Origin: Lama guanicoe
Taxonomy: Eukaryota
DNA length: 64,000 nt
Direction of reading: 5' to 3'
Assembly: GCA_013239625.1 (NCBI GenBank)
Contig: MU056905.1
Location: 2,129,967-2,193,966 of the forward strand
Positions within the stretch are counted from its first letter, which is position 1. Every line of letters begins with the position of its first letter. A program made the translations under genes and the position numbers. Below, in pieces: positions 48,301-59,998 of this stretch. The notes below the pieces were generated by a model, which saw only the letters and a program-made list of their open reading frames with translations, searched no databases and was not told the origin of the DNA.

Positions 48301-51300
48301 AGTCGGCTCCAGACCTGACTCACACAGCAGCAGGTAGCTATGGCACATGTCAGTGAAGAGCTCACCGGCTAATAGATCCAGTGCTTCTTGTGAGAAGTGG
48401 AGGCCCAGACAAATTGCCATATGGTCCTGGGTGGGTGTCTTATGTGAGTGGGGAAGGGTCAAGAGAGATACATTTCCATTGACAAGAGACGTACGAGTAT
48501 GCAGAGAGCCACGTTAGGGACACACATGCTGCAGGTGTCAACTATATGTCTACTCGGGGCCAGCTGCTGTGCTGGGCAGTACGGCTGTGATAGAGTTGGG
48601 AAGATCTGGCTGCTTCCCTCAAGCTGTCCTGGTCCAGTAAACGCAGACCTCTGTGCGTGCGTGCGTGCACATCAAAAGCTACAGCGTGGTACAAGGCAGA
48701 AGAGGGGAGGAACCCCAAGAGACTGAGAGAGCAGAAGGGGCCCAGGAAGGTTTCCCAGGGGAGGGGACATTTTGCAAAGGGCCTTGAAGGCCATGTTTCA
48801 TTCCAGTTGCTTCTTGTAGAAGAGGAGCCCAGAGTAGACCCTAGAAAAGGAGACAGGAGCAGGTGACAAGGAAGGACCAAGTGAGAGAGAACAAGTCAAG
48901 CACACTGTGACAGGCGAGATGCGGCGAGACCGTGGCTGGGGTGAGGCCAGCGCTCTCAGCAGGAATGATGCCTTTTGTGATGGATAAGATACGAGAGGTG
49001 GAGGAGATATATTTTGCAGCTCCAGATGAGGACTTTGGGTTTTAAAAGTGGGGCAATTGGAGAGGGATGAGAGCAGAGGGGATTTTTAACAAGAATAGCA
49101 AACGCACAGTACCCTGTGCCAGCACTGGCCTGGCTTGGCAGACGTTAGCTTGTGTGATATTTTTAACGCACAGCACCTCTGTGAGGCAGAACCAGTGTTA
49201 TCCTCATTCTACAGATGATGAAGCTGAGGCCCAGGGAGGCCAAATCACTTACCCAAAGTCACATGACTAGCACAGGACAGAGCCAAGATTGTAACCCAAG
49301 CGGCCGGCTCAGCGCCCAGTGCCTTTGCCGCAGCCGAGTTCTGCTGGAAAACGGAAGGAGGGGCTCCAGGAAGTGCAGGGAAGCTGAGTCATTCTGCCTG
49401 ACTGAACCCCCTGATCCTGATTCCGTTGCCTTGGGGGCCAGTGAGTGGGCGAGGAGCTCCCTTGGAGCCCAGAGGAAACAATCAAGCTGTCTCTGAGGAT
49501 CTGGTAAAGTGGGTAATTGCTACCTCTGCAAGTGAGCTGCAGGTAGAGGCCAGGCTCAGAACTCCTGGGCAGCAGAGACACAGGATCAGTGACTGCAGTC
49601 AACTCGGAACAGCTCAGAAAAGACAGCTGTGCCCGCAACGGGCAGCCAGCTCTTCATCGTCTTCCCAGAGGAAATGACTAGATGAAGTAAGCTTCCTCAG
49701 CAGCAAGATAGAATAAAGGGTAGCCTTCAGAAGGACTTCCCAGAGAATGATTCATCACAGGGACAGGTTGCTGGGCAATAGGGTAGGGGGTAAACTTGCA
49801 AAGGGACAAATGAGAGTCTATGATAAAGATCATCTTGAGTAGCTGGAGGAGCCAGAGGTGTCCAGAGACACAGCTGAACCTGGTGCCTCCTTCAGACAGT
49901 CAGTCAGTGAGCGACGAATTTGCCCCCTTAGGCTCCTTTCCTCAGGCCTCGTACCAACACCCCTTCCAAACCCTACGAGCCCAGATAAAACATCTTTTTC
50001 CTGCCCATTCCACCAGATACGAAGAGGAGCTCTCCCTGCGGCCCTGTGCTGAGAATGATTTTGTTGCCTTGAAGAAGGTGAGGGAGGATGTACGCCTCCT
50101 AAGCTGGACCAGTGGGCCTGGGGGCCACTCAGCCTCTGGACGGTTCCCAGACGTGCCTGCAGCCCGCCCACCCACAAACCCCGATGCCAGCCCCACTGGC
50201 CCTGGAAGAGAGGAAGGCCAGCCTCCCACCCCTGGCAAAAGGGCAGTGACTGACCTGGCCACCACCTCCCACCTCACATTAAGGGTTGTGTCTACACCTG
50301 CCCAAGAAGCTAGAGATGTAGCTACCAAAACTCTGGCTCACACCTCCAAAAATGAAAGCCATCATGATCAGCCCTCAGATAGATAGCTCCGTATTTTCTG
50401 GCCTGAGTTCCAGCTCTAAGGACCTACATTCAAAGCTCCTGGAACCCTACTTCCTCCAAATCCTTCCCTGCTGGGATGCCAGGCCCAGGCATGGGGTCCT
50501 GGGGCTGGCGACCCCTCTCTACATCTGAGCTTTGTCACCCCTTCACATCCATACGGGCCTAACTGGGGAAAAGTGGGTCCCACACCTGCCACCAGCTTGC
50601 CCGGGAGGTGGCCCCAGGTTATGATTGTCACTGCTCTGGCTGCAGGATGTGGACACGGCTTTCCTGATAAAGGCTGACCTGGAGACCAACGTGGAGGCTC
50701 TGATCCAGGAGACTGACTTCCTGAGAAGCCTGTATGATGAGGTCGGCCAGAGACCAGGCCGGCTGGGTGACGGGGTGGGGAAGCCCCTGCCCTGTGGGTA
50801 CGATTCAGGACAAGCTGACTTAAAAGTGAGCAGATGACAAAAATCGCATGGGACAGTGGTTCTCAGGCAGAGAGACTCGCAGAGTCGGATGGCCCAGACC
50901 TTGGCTCTTGGGTCTCTGTGTAACTGGAGGGTGGGGATGGGGAACAGGTCAGTGATCGAAGGCCAGGACAGCTAGGCAAAGTCCCTGCAAGTCTGCTGCG
51001 GGAAGGCCAGACCCTCTCCTCCCCACCCCCTTTCTCCCCCACGTTACCCTCAAAGAGCTCCCCGATTCTCACCCGGGCCACCCCCCACCCCCAGGAGATC
51101 TGCCTGCTCCAGTCTCAGATTTCAGAGACCTCGGTCGTTGTGAAGATGGACAACAGCAGGGAACTGGACCTGGACGGCATCATCACCGAGGTCAAGGCCC
51201 AGTATGACGACATCACCAGCCGCAGCAAAGCCCAAGCGGAGGCCTGGTACCAGCGCCGGGTGAGGCCCACGGCGGGCAGGAGGGGCCCCGGAGTCATGCT

Positions 51301-54300
51301 CCCCCAGGAAGCGGGTGAGGAGGTAGTGAGAGCCACGCTGCAACCAGCCCTGCTGTTTCCGCCAGGCACTAAGTCCCAGGCCCCAGGCCAGGTCTCCGCT
51401 GAGCGTGTGGGAGACCCCGCAGACAGCCCAGGCCTGTCATCAGGACGCCCCAGCTTTATTCACCCACAGACTCGCTGAAAGTGCTCCTCTAAGTAACCTT
51501 TACGGAACACTAATTGGCAGTGATGGCAGAGGGCTCTGGGCTTCAAGGCGTAGGTGGAGGTTAATGGCATGGAGTGGTTACTAATGGTAGAGCAGAAACA
51601 GTGATTAAGGTGGCCTCATACTACGGTAATGAGGGGCTTGCTGGGAAGCCAGTTGGTGTCCCCGAGGGCAATTCGATTTAACAAGTATTATCATCTCAGT
51701 CTCAGCCATCCATCTGTGAAAAGCCCCATTCATTCACTCACTCACTCACTCACTCATTCACTCATTCAACAACTGTTCATTGAGCATCCATCGTGCACCA
51801 AGCACCATTCTAGATGCTGGAGACCCACAGGGAACAGAACAGACAGCACCCCCTGCCTTCGTATCTCTTTCATTCTAGAGGCAGGGGCGGAACAGACATA
51901 TAAGTACAGTGAATGTATGTCAGATGGATGCGTGCTAAGGAGAAAATAAATCAGGGTGACACGTAGGGAGTGCGTTGGGAATACAGTTTCAAATAAGGTG
52001 GCCTGGGAAGAAGGGCCTTACTGAGGTGTGTGGCACCACGAGGATTCTAAGAGTCAGACCAGCCCTGTTCTCAAGGAGAATTACAGTCCTCCAGAGAGAA
52101 ACGCGTAACCAACCAAACAGAAATACAAGGAAGTTAAGATCGAATGACAGGCTAAGGGAGTCTGACCATGATGGAAGCAATAAATTACATCTGGAAAGGC
52201 AGAGGCACTGGCATTGGATCTGGCTCTTGAAGGCCAAGTACGATTTCAATAAGCAGAGCATGGGGGAAGGGTACGCCTGGCTGAGGGCCAGCAGGAGCCA
52301 GGCTGCGGAAGCATGAAAGGGAGGTGCCGGTATGAAACACCACAAAGGAGATGGGGCTAGAGACACAGGGCCAGATCACAGCAGAGCCACAGAGCTTGGA
52401 CTTTTTTCTGAAGTCAACGGGGACCAGTGTCCAGGAAGTATCCTGAGCAATGTTCTGCCCTTTGTCTGGAGATCCATGGTTATCAAGGTATCAAACCCTG
52501 GTCTGGAGTCAACTCCCTATGACTCAGTCTGTGGCCTATCCACGACCAGGTCTCACTCCAACCTTTCTATCCAGTCAGGTGGGCTACCCATCAGTCAGGT
52601 ATGCTCAGGGAAACCAACTACAGTTTCCCCTAAGTTAGACCAGAAAGCTAACTCTATTATTTAATAATTGTATTTATCTGTAAAACAAATTTCACTTGAT
52701 ATTTAGCTTTTTTCTCAAATAACTTGAAGTACAGAAATAGATTGCCTGTGGATGACACCAGGGTTCTATGCTACCATCAGGAATACAGGCTCCTTCTAGC
52801 TTTCCATTCTGCCATTCTTAATGCATTGCTTTAATCTTCATGGTTGCCTCATGTCCCAAGATGGCTGCAATACCACCAATCTCACATGTTCATTCCAGGC
52901 AGAAAGAAGAACCGAGGGCAAAAGAAATATGCCAATTGAATCATCCCTCACTATAAACAGCTTTCCTGGAAACCCTATCTAGCAATGGCCATAGGCATCA
53001 TTGATGAGAAAGCTGCGAAATATTCTCTTACTGGGGCTTCTGTTTGAAGAGGAGAGTGGATATTAATTAGGCAACTGCAAGCTTTCCCACAATAACTAAA
53101 GAGAGTGATTTGTGCTTAACTCTTGTTATACATTTTCTATGCAAAATGCTCTCATCCTTTATAAGCAGGAAATATAAAGTTAGCTAATTTTTAAAAATTT
53201 ATAAATGTAATCTATAACACTCTATTCAGAAATTAGCTTCAAAGTGCAAGGTTAAAAAAAAAGTATTAAGCCAAGATAAGAAGTAACACTGCATTTTGTT
53301 TTCAATTGTTTTGAAAGAGAATATACACATCTGGTGGGCAGACACGGTGTGTCCTCAGTCTTCAGTCTGTTAAACCCAAGACCTGTTAGATCCCAGACTG
53401 AGCACAGAAACCCCTTCCACGGTCCACAGCAGGGGTGGAACAAAAGGAGGGAAAAAGAGAGAAAAAGATGAGACACAGAACAGCTAAATAGAAGGGAAGC
53501 CAGCCTGGAGCTTAGAGAAGAATTTAATAAAGCCTGGAGGTTCAGGGCTGGGAGGTGAGAAGGGACCGAGGAGCAGCACAGGAAAAGACCGCAAAATGGA
53601 CCAGAAATGGGAAGGGGATGGGGAGCAGGACAAGTCTAAGAATCCAGAAGCACCTGAGCCAGGAAGTCACAAGGCGAGAGACTCGGGACAGTGTGAGAAG
53701 GGGCTGGGAGGTGCCACAGTGTAAGCACCCAGGTTCTGACCTCCCTGTCCCGCAGTATGAGGAGCTGCAGCGCACTGCCGGGAACCACGCGGACGACCTC
53801 CACAACCGCAGGAACGAAATCCTGGAAATGAAAAAGCTGATCCAGCGGCTGCAGCAAGACATTGAGAATGTCAAAGCCCAGGTGAGGCTCATTCCAGGCT
53901 GACCCACCGTCTGGTCCTGGTCGTGCGGGCGGGTCCATCCCCCCTGGGAGCCCAACTGAGGAGGGAATGAACTTGCACTGCCTCCCCTGGAGGGAGCGAG
54001 CCCTTTCTACAGAAGAGCTGAGCCACAGCAGGACGAGCAGCCTCAGGAGCCGGCAAGGTCCACAGCAGGCTAAGCGACTTTTATCAAGATGAAATAGCAA
54101 GGAGCTCACTAAATGGGAGTGTGGAAAGGGTGCTCTCCAGGCCCCTTCCAACCAAAGACTCTGTAATTCTATGCTCCTGAAATTCAAGGTGACTCTGCAG
54201 ATTCATAAAACAAGACTCATTCTGTTCTCCTAGGCTAGTGAAGGCCAGGCAGATGCTTAAAATCTATTAACATTTATGATTATTTAATGTTTAATTAAAA

Positions 54301-56105
54301 TATATTTATTATTTAAAGTTATTAAAATCTATTAGCCATAAAGCAATCGCTCAGCATATCTAAGAGGAGACTCTCAGATCTCCCTGAGGTGTTCTAGACA
54401 GGAGAACTGGTCCCAATCCCCTGGAGGAACTAGATGTCACAATCCTAGGGTGAAGCCCCAGCAGATTGGAATCTGGCCCGTAACCATGACTGGAGGAAAA
54501 CCTCAGTCTTCCGCCTGTGTCTCTCCTTTACTCTCACACAATTACACTCCCACTTTTGACATCAGTTGTATGGGGGAGTTTCCCACATCAGCCAGTTCTG
54601 CAACACCAGCTGGGTGTTCTACCATTTAACTCAATTCTGACACTCTTTACCTAGAGATAGCATGAGATCCCACAGGTCAGGGGCTGCCCACTAAGTCCCA
54701 CAAGACTGCCGCCACTTCAGATGCCCATCACAGGTCCAGGTGGTGCTCCTGGTGGTGCCAGGAACCGGGAGCAGAGACCAATACGATTATATATTTTTTC
54801 TGTTATCTCACAATGACCATGCTCTGCCTGTTCTGAGACTCAGTCCACGGCTCCAGGGCCCCCAGTAATGCCTTTCTCTGCCCTGCCCCCAGCGCTGCAA
54901 ACTGGAAGGCGCCATAACCGAGGCAGAGAAGCAGGGCGAGGCAGCCCTCGAAGACGCCAAGTGCAAGCTGGCGGGGCTGGAGGANNNNNNNNNNNNNNNN
55001 NNNNNNNNNNNNNNNNNNNNNNNNNNNNNNNNNNNNNNNNNNNNNNNNNNNNNNNNNNNNNNNNNNNNNNNNNNNNNNNNNNNNNNNNNNNNNNNNNNNN
55101 NNNNNNNNNNNNNNNNNNNNNNNNATGCGCACCGGGTGTGTACATCCCCCCGCCCTCGGGTTGCTGCTGCTGTGACTGCTCATCCTGCAGTCGTCAAAAG
55201 CCTAAAACAGCACACAGCCTGCAGGCCCTCCTCATTGACGGGGTCCGTGGTGCGGGCAGGCAGAGGGGGGGCCGCGCGTTTCCTGGCCTCGTTCTCTGAT
55301 GCAGTTACCTTGTCTTCCTTTTCCTCTCCCCCTCCCCAGGCTGTGTGAAGGCATCGGGCCCGTGAATATCTGTGAGTAAATGAGCACTCCTCAGGGGCTC
55401 TGCGGTCTTGAGGGCTGATCAATCCAACACAGACAGACCACCCTGCCCGGGCCCAAACCTCAGCGTGCCTGCCCCACCCAGAGGAAGAGTCCTGTCTGCC
55501 CGGAGCTCCTCGGGGATGGAGAGGCTCTCCCTCGGAGCTGTCCATATGTTTGGCAGTCAGAATTAGGAGCAGATATACAGCATGATCCCAGTGCTTCAGG
55601 GCCCGGAAGCTGCCAGGAACCCTCCAGACAAGGGGATGCTTTTCTGGAGAAGGGTGTTAAAGTAGACTCAGACAAGTAGAAACAGAGAGGGTAAAACAGA
55701 AGCTAGAAGACAGACATGTGGGGAACTTCCAGCACTTTACATGGATGGGGTGGGAGCCATGGAAGTTGGTAGCTAGGGTAGGAGTGTCCTTAGAGGTGGG
55801 GACATGGCCTGGCTCAGATGTTTCGGGGCAATGTCCTTAGCGCCACGTGGTGCAGGGCCCTGAGCATCCCTTCCTTCTCCGCAGCCGTGAGCAGCTCCAA
55901 AGGCGCTGTCCTCTACGAGCCGTGCGTGGTCAGCACACCCGCGTACTGTCCAGGGGGCACCAGTTTCCTCGACAGTAGTGGGGGCTGCAGCATCGTGGGC
56001 GCCGGTGAACTCTACACACCCTGCGCGCCCCTGGGCTGTGGGGGCGGGCGGGGCTCTAGCCTGAAGCTAGCAGCTGGGGGCGGCTCCTCCTGCCACAAAT
56101 GTTAG
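45365..56105 (+). CDS. KRT82: Keratin 82 (type II hair cuticle keratin Hb2), about 509 aa. join(45365-45763,47553-47761,50017-50077,50646-50741,51095-51259,53756-53881,54893-~55113 [partly N gap],55340-55371,55885-56105)
   Basis: Head [36 protein letters not shown]; [43 protein letters not shown]; [10 protein letters not shown]; e8 [12 protein letters not shown]; tail [18 protein letters not shown]...SCHKC. These are K82 hallmarks. Exon sizes are canonical with GT-AG sites. Confidence 0.95.
49110..49300 (-). mobile_element. MIR
   Basis: CCTCATTCTACAGATGATGAAGCTGAGGCCCAGGGAGG...CTTACCCAAAGTCACATGACTAG. Confidence 0.8.
51727..52420 (-). mobile_element. L2 fragments with (TCAC/TCAT)n tail, KRT82 intron 5
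   Basis: CATTCATTCACTCACTCAC...TTCATTGAGCA...CCAAGCACCATTCTAGATGCTGG. Confidence 0.75.
52755..53092 (-). mobile_element. Old MaLR LTR (MLT1J/K-like)
   Basis: CAGGCTCCTTC...CTCATGTCCCAAGATGGCTGC...CATTCCAGGCAGAAAGAAG. Confidence 0.65.
54480..54745. mobile_element. ERV LTR fragment (MER21-like) in KRT82 intron 6
   Basis: CACCAGCTGGGTGTTC...AATTCTGACACT...AGTCCCACAAGACTGCC...CACTTCAGATGCC. Confidence 0.7.
54985..55124. other. Assembly gap (140 N) covering the 3' part of KRT82 exon 7
   Basis: N run. Confidence 1.
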
Positions 56106-57219
56106 TGCAGCTCCAGAGGCTGGAAGCCCAAGGGGCAGGGCACCAGCCCCCAGCCTGGATGTTGCCCCCACCCNNNNNNNNNNNNNNNNNNNNNNNNNGA
56201 TGTTGCCCCCACCCACCCACCCACCCACCAGAGTTGAAGACAGGAATATTTCAAAATCCCACCTTCCTATACTAACCAAAGTTTTCCCTTGAGTTTACAC
56301 TGGGAGCTGCCCCATAGGTATCCTCAAGCGTCATCTTTCACTGAGGTGTGTGCAGACCCTGAACTAGACCCTGGGGTGCGGGTGGGATGCAAAGAAAAAG
56401 AACGCATCCCCGTATCCGTGGACGGCTGGCAATCAGGCCCCAGTGTGGCCAAGAGAATGGCCGCAGCCCCCAAACACTTCTCTTCCCCATGAGAAGGCCA
56501 AATGGGCACATCACAGTTCTGCTTTGTGGATTATCCCATGGAAATTTCCCCACCAAGCCAGACTCCCCTACCCCTGGTGGTTCCCCACCTGTCTTACCTC
56601 TGGCTCTCATGCGCCTAAGAAAAGTAAAGTTCTTTTAACATCCACCTCATACATGCACATTTGCAAATATCCAAAAAGAGACAACCCAGAATCCCATTCT
56701 GAATTCCAAAGCCAAGGGCCAGGATTTCAGGATCACTTAGGATCTGTCAGTGGTCATCAGCTAGCACACAGAATCAAGAGTTGGTCTTTGGGCATAGGTT
56801 TATCGGCTCAGGTGTGTTGAACTTGCACTATAGAAATCCATCTTTTCCCTGAGCTCACATTGGCAGCCAATGGCTGAGAAATGCCTATCACAAAGGCCAG
56901 GAGACATGGAATATTTCTCAACGAAGGGAGACTGACTTTATCTGTTCAAAGGGAATCAACCTAACCCCTGCCCGTGTACATAGCCACCCCTGTCCTGCTC
57001 CCTCTCGAGTTCTGCTTGCTTTGGTCTAATACGAACATGATTTCCTGGCTACAGTGATGAGGGACTGCCTCAGCGGACTTGGAGGCTCTGGTTCAGGGGC
57101 TGTGAGGAAGGAGGAGGTGCTCACCTGCCCTCCATCTCCCCGTAGTGCAGCATCTGCAGAAGCCCCACCCACCCAGGGATCCACCGTTCAGCCATGAGCC
57201 TCTGGGCACTTCTGCCCCC

Positions 57220-57225
57220 AATAAA
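57220..57225 (+). terminator. KRT82 poly(A) signal
   Basis: AATAAA about 1.1 kb after the TAG; a second AATAAA lies near 57396. Confidence 0.6.
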
Positions 57226-58497
57226 CTGACTGTTCACAGGCTACAGGAATCAAGATTATTCACCCTCTTCTGTGGAGGGCATTGACGTGGAAAGAGAACT
57301 ATGAGCCGCTTTTGGGGGCCGGGGGCCAGGGGAGGGGAAATGGAAGGTATTATACAAATGCAAAAACTACATATGAATGACTGGCAAGTAAATGGAATAA
57401 ATGTGGATCTAGATTCTAATGAAAATCTGCCCATCCCACCCCAATAGTTGGTGAGTCACTTGCCATGTTAGAAGCCATGGGCCTCGTACCCATAAGACTC
57501 CTCACCACATGGTCCCCTGCATATGTCCTAGGGAAAGGCCATGGGGCCCCTATCATGTCTGTACTTAGCGGCCTCCAAGCCTGGGCTTTGCTTCCCCATC
57601 CTGGACTATGTGTCCCAGGTGCTCGGGGCAGGGCCGCTGCAGGCCTGGGGAAAGCAGGGAAGATGGGTGGCTGCTTGGCCAAGGAGGAGCACCCCCATCC
57701 TCCTCTCCCTCTCAGGAGCCCCAAGACCTGGAGATGAGACTCAGTGGCAGCAGTGCCACCCTCTTGTTGCCCCACTGATTCCCCAGGACCATCCCCCCAC
57801 CACAAACTCCCCCACGGGACTCCCCTCTCCTGAGCATTGTGATGCAGCTCCCCTTCTCGCACAGCCTCGCACAGGGCATCTCTTCTGTGCCAAGCCCTGC
57901 ATTAGAAGCTGGCGATGCCACGGTGACTATGACACCTTCTGAACCCCGGAGGGGCTCTCTGCCTCTCAGGGGAGTCACAAGTAATGAGAAGCAGAGAGGA
58001 CAGGAGTGACAAGGGAAAGCATCTCCCGATTAGGTCCGGCAAGGGAATCAGAGACAGGTTCACAGAGGAGATTGCAAGCACAGGGTCGGGACGGACAGGG
58101 GTTTCAGATTGGCGGGCAGCATAGTCAAAAGAACCCACCCACTCACTTTTTCATTCACTCAATATATTTATCAAGTACCTGCCATGGGTCAGCTCCGCCC
58201 AGGGGCTGGCTACACAGTAGTGAATAAGGCAGACCCAGTCAGGGCCCGCCTACCAGTGGGGACAGTAGACACAGTATCCAGAGGCCGTGGTAGGGACNNN
58301 NNNNNNNNNNNNNNNNNNNNNNNNNNNNNNNNNNNNNNNNNNNNNNNNNNNNNNNNNNNNNNNNNNNNNNNNNNNNNNNNNNNNNNNNNNNNNNNNNNNN
58401 NNNNNNNNNNNNNNNNNNNNNNNNNNNNNNNNNNNNNNNNNNNNNNNNNNNNNNNNNNNNNNNNNNNNNNNNNNNNNNNNNNNNNNNNNNNNNNNNN

Positions 58498-58918
58498 ATC
58501 ACGGAGGAACGGATAATCAAAATTTGATCTATCTATACAATGAAATAACTTATGGCCATAAAAAGGAATGAAATATTGATACATGCTACAATATGGATGA
58601 ACCTTGAAAACACATGGTAGATAAAAGAAATCAGACATAGGGACCATGTATCTATGATTCCATTCATGTGAAAGCTCAGAATAGGGAAATCTGTAGAGAT
58701 GGAAAGCAGATAAGTGATTGCCTAGGGCTGGAGGAAGGAGAAGATGGGGTGGGGGTGAGAGTTAAAGGTTTCTTGTTGAGGTGATGAGAATATTCTAAAA
58801 GGGACTGTGGTGATGGCTGCACGTATCTGGGAATATATTAAGACCACTGAACTGCACATTTTAAAGGAGTGAATAATATGATACGTGAATTATATCTTAA
58901 TATAACTGTTTTTTAAAA
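58498..58918 (+). mobile_element. L1MB-like 3' end; its 5' side runs into the N gap at 58298-58497
   Basis: AAAAGGAATGAAATATTGATACATGCTACAATATGGATGAACCTTGAAAACA...GATTGCCTAGGGCTGG...GTGAATTATATCT. Confidence 0.9.
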
Positions 58919-59978
58919 ATGGGGCCCTGGCCTGAATCCATGCTTCTGGGGCTTACAGCCTAACCAGGAGTACAGACCTAAAATAGGAAATTACAGGTGC
59001 AAGGCTTTTTGTAAAGGACAACATAACTGAGGGGCCCACCCTGATCCCTGGGCCTCAGGAAGCTTCCTAGGAGGAGGGATAGGCAAGCTGGATCCCAAAG
59101 GCCAGCAGGACAGAGGGGACAGAAGGAAGCAGGGCGGAGGCTCCAGGCTGAGGGCTGAGCAGCCACCATGAGCCAGAATGCACGGCATCTGACCGGTGAG
59201 GGTTGGTGATTCCTGGGACGTACATCCACACCCGGGGAAGGAGAGGGCGGAACGAGGCCTCATGACCTCCTTCCCACTAGCCCTGTGACTCTGGACCGGG
59301 CCCTAGAGCCAGCTAAGCTCCTTGCTGATTAATAACTCAGAGATCTGAACAGTACAGGGATGCTCTGGAGTCAGCAAAAACAGAGATTCCAGCAGACCTC
59401 CCAACTCTATCGCAAAGATGACTACCCAGAGCCCAGGAGACATCCCAGTGGAGGAAAGGAGGAGAGGAGGGAGGGAAGATTCCCCAACTCTCGCTGCGAG
59501 GTTGGCTCGGGCCTGGCGACCATCCCTTTGGGGATTCCCATTCCAGAGTGGCCTAGGCCCCGGGGGAAGGAAGGCTTGTCTGGAACAGTCCACCAGGCAG
59601 ACTCATCCCAATTGGGAGGGCGCCCAGCTCAGTCCTGGACGTGAGCTTGAGGCCGGAGCACGTCCCTCTGGAGCTTTCACCAGGGGACCCCCTCAGTGCT
59701 GTGCTGGGCACCCCCATTCTCCCTTGAGACCCAGGGAGGAGGAGGCAACTCTAGGCAGGCGGGACAAAAGTGCCTCCTGGTGGTGGCCCAGCAGCTCACC
59801 TCCATTCACCAGGGCAAACATCTGCGCTTCTCCCAGGACCCGCCCCGCACCAGGTGCTGGGATGCTGGGAGCATCAGGCCCTGGCCCTGCCCTCGGGAGG
59901 CCAGGAGAACAGTCTGTGTGAAACCAGGGCCTCACTGCAGTCCGTTCCGCCTGGAGAATCCAAATTCCAGCCACTTCC

Positions 59979-59998
59979 AGAGCGCCCCCTAGAGGACA
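59979..59998 (-). promoter_or_regulatory. CTCF consensus motif
   Basis: Minus strand reads TGTCCTCTAGGGGGCGCTCT, close to the CCASYAGRKGGCRS core. Confidence 0.65.

Noticed and set aside
56158-56214. Direct repeat GATGTTGCCCCCACCC on both sides of a 25-N gap
   Set aside because: Most likely overlapping contig ends at a (CCCA)n tract, so an assembly artefact.
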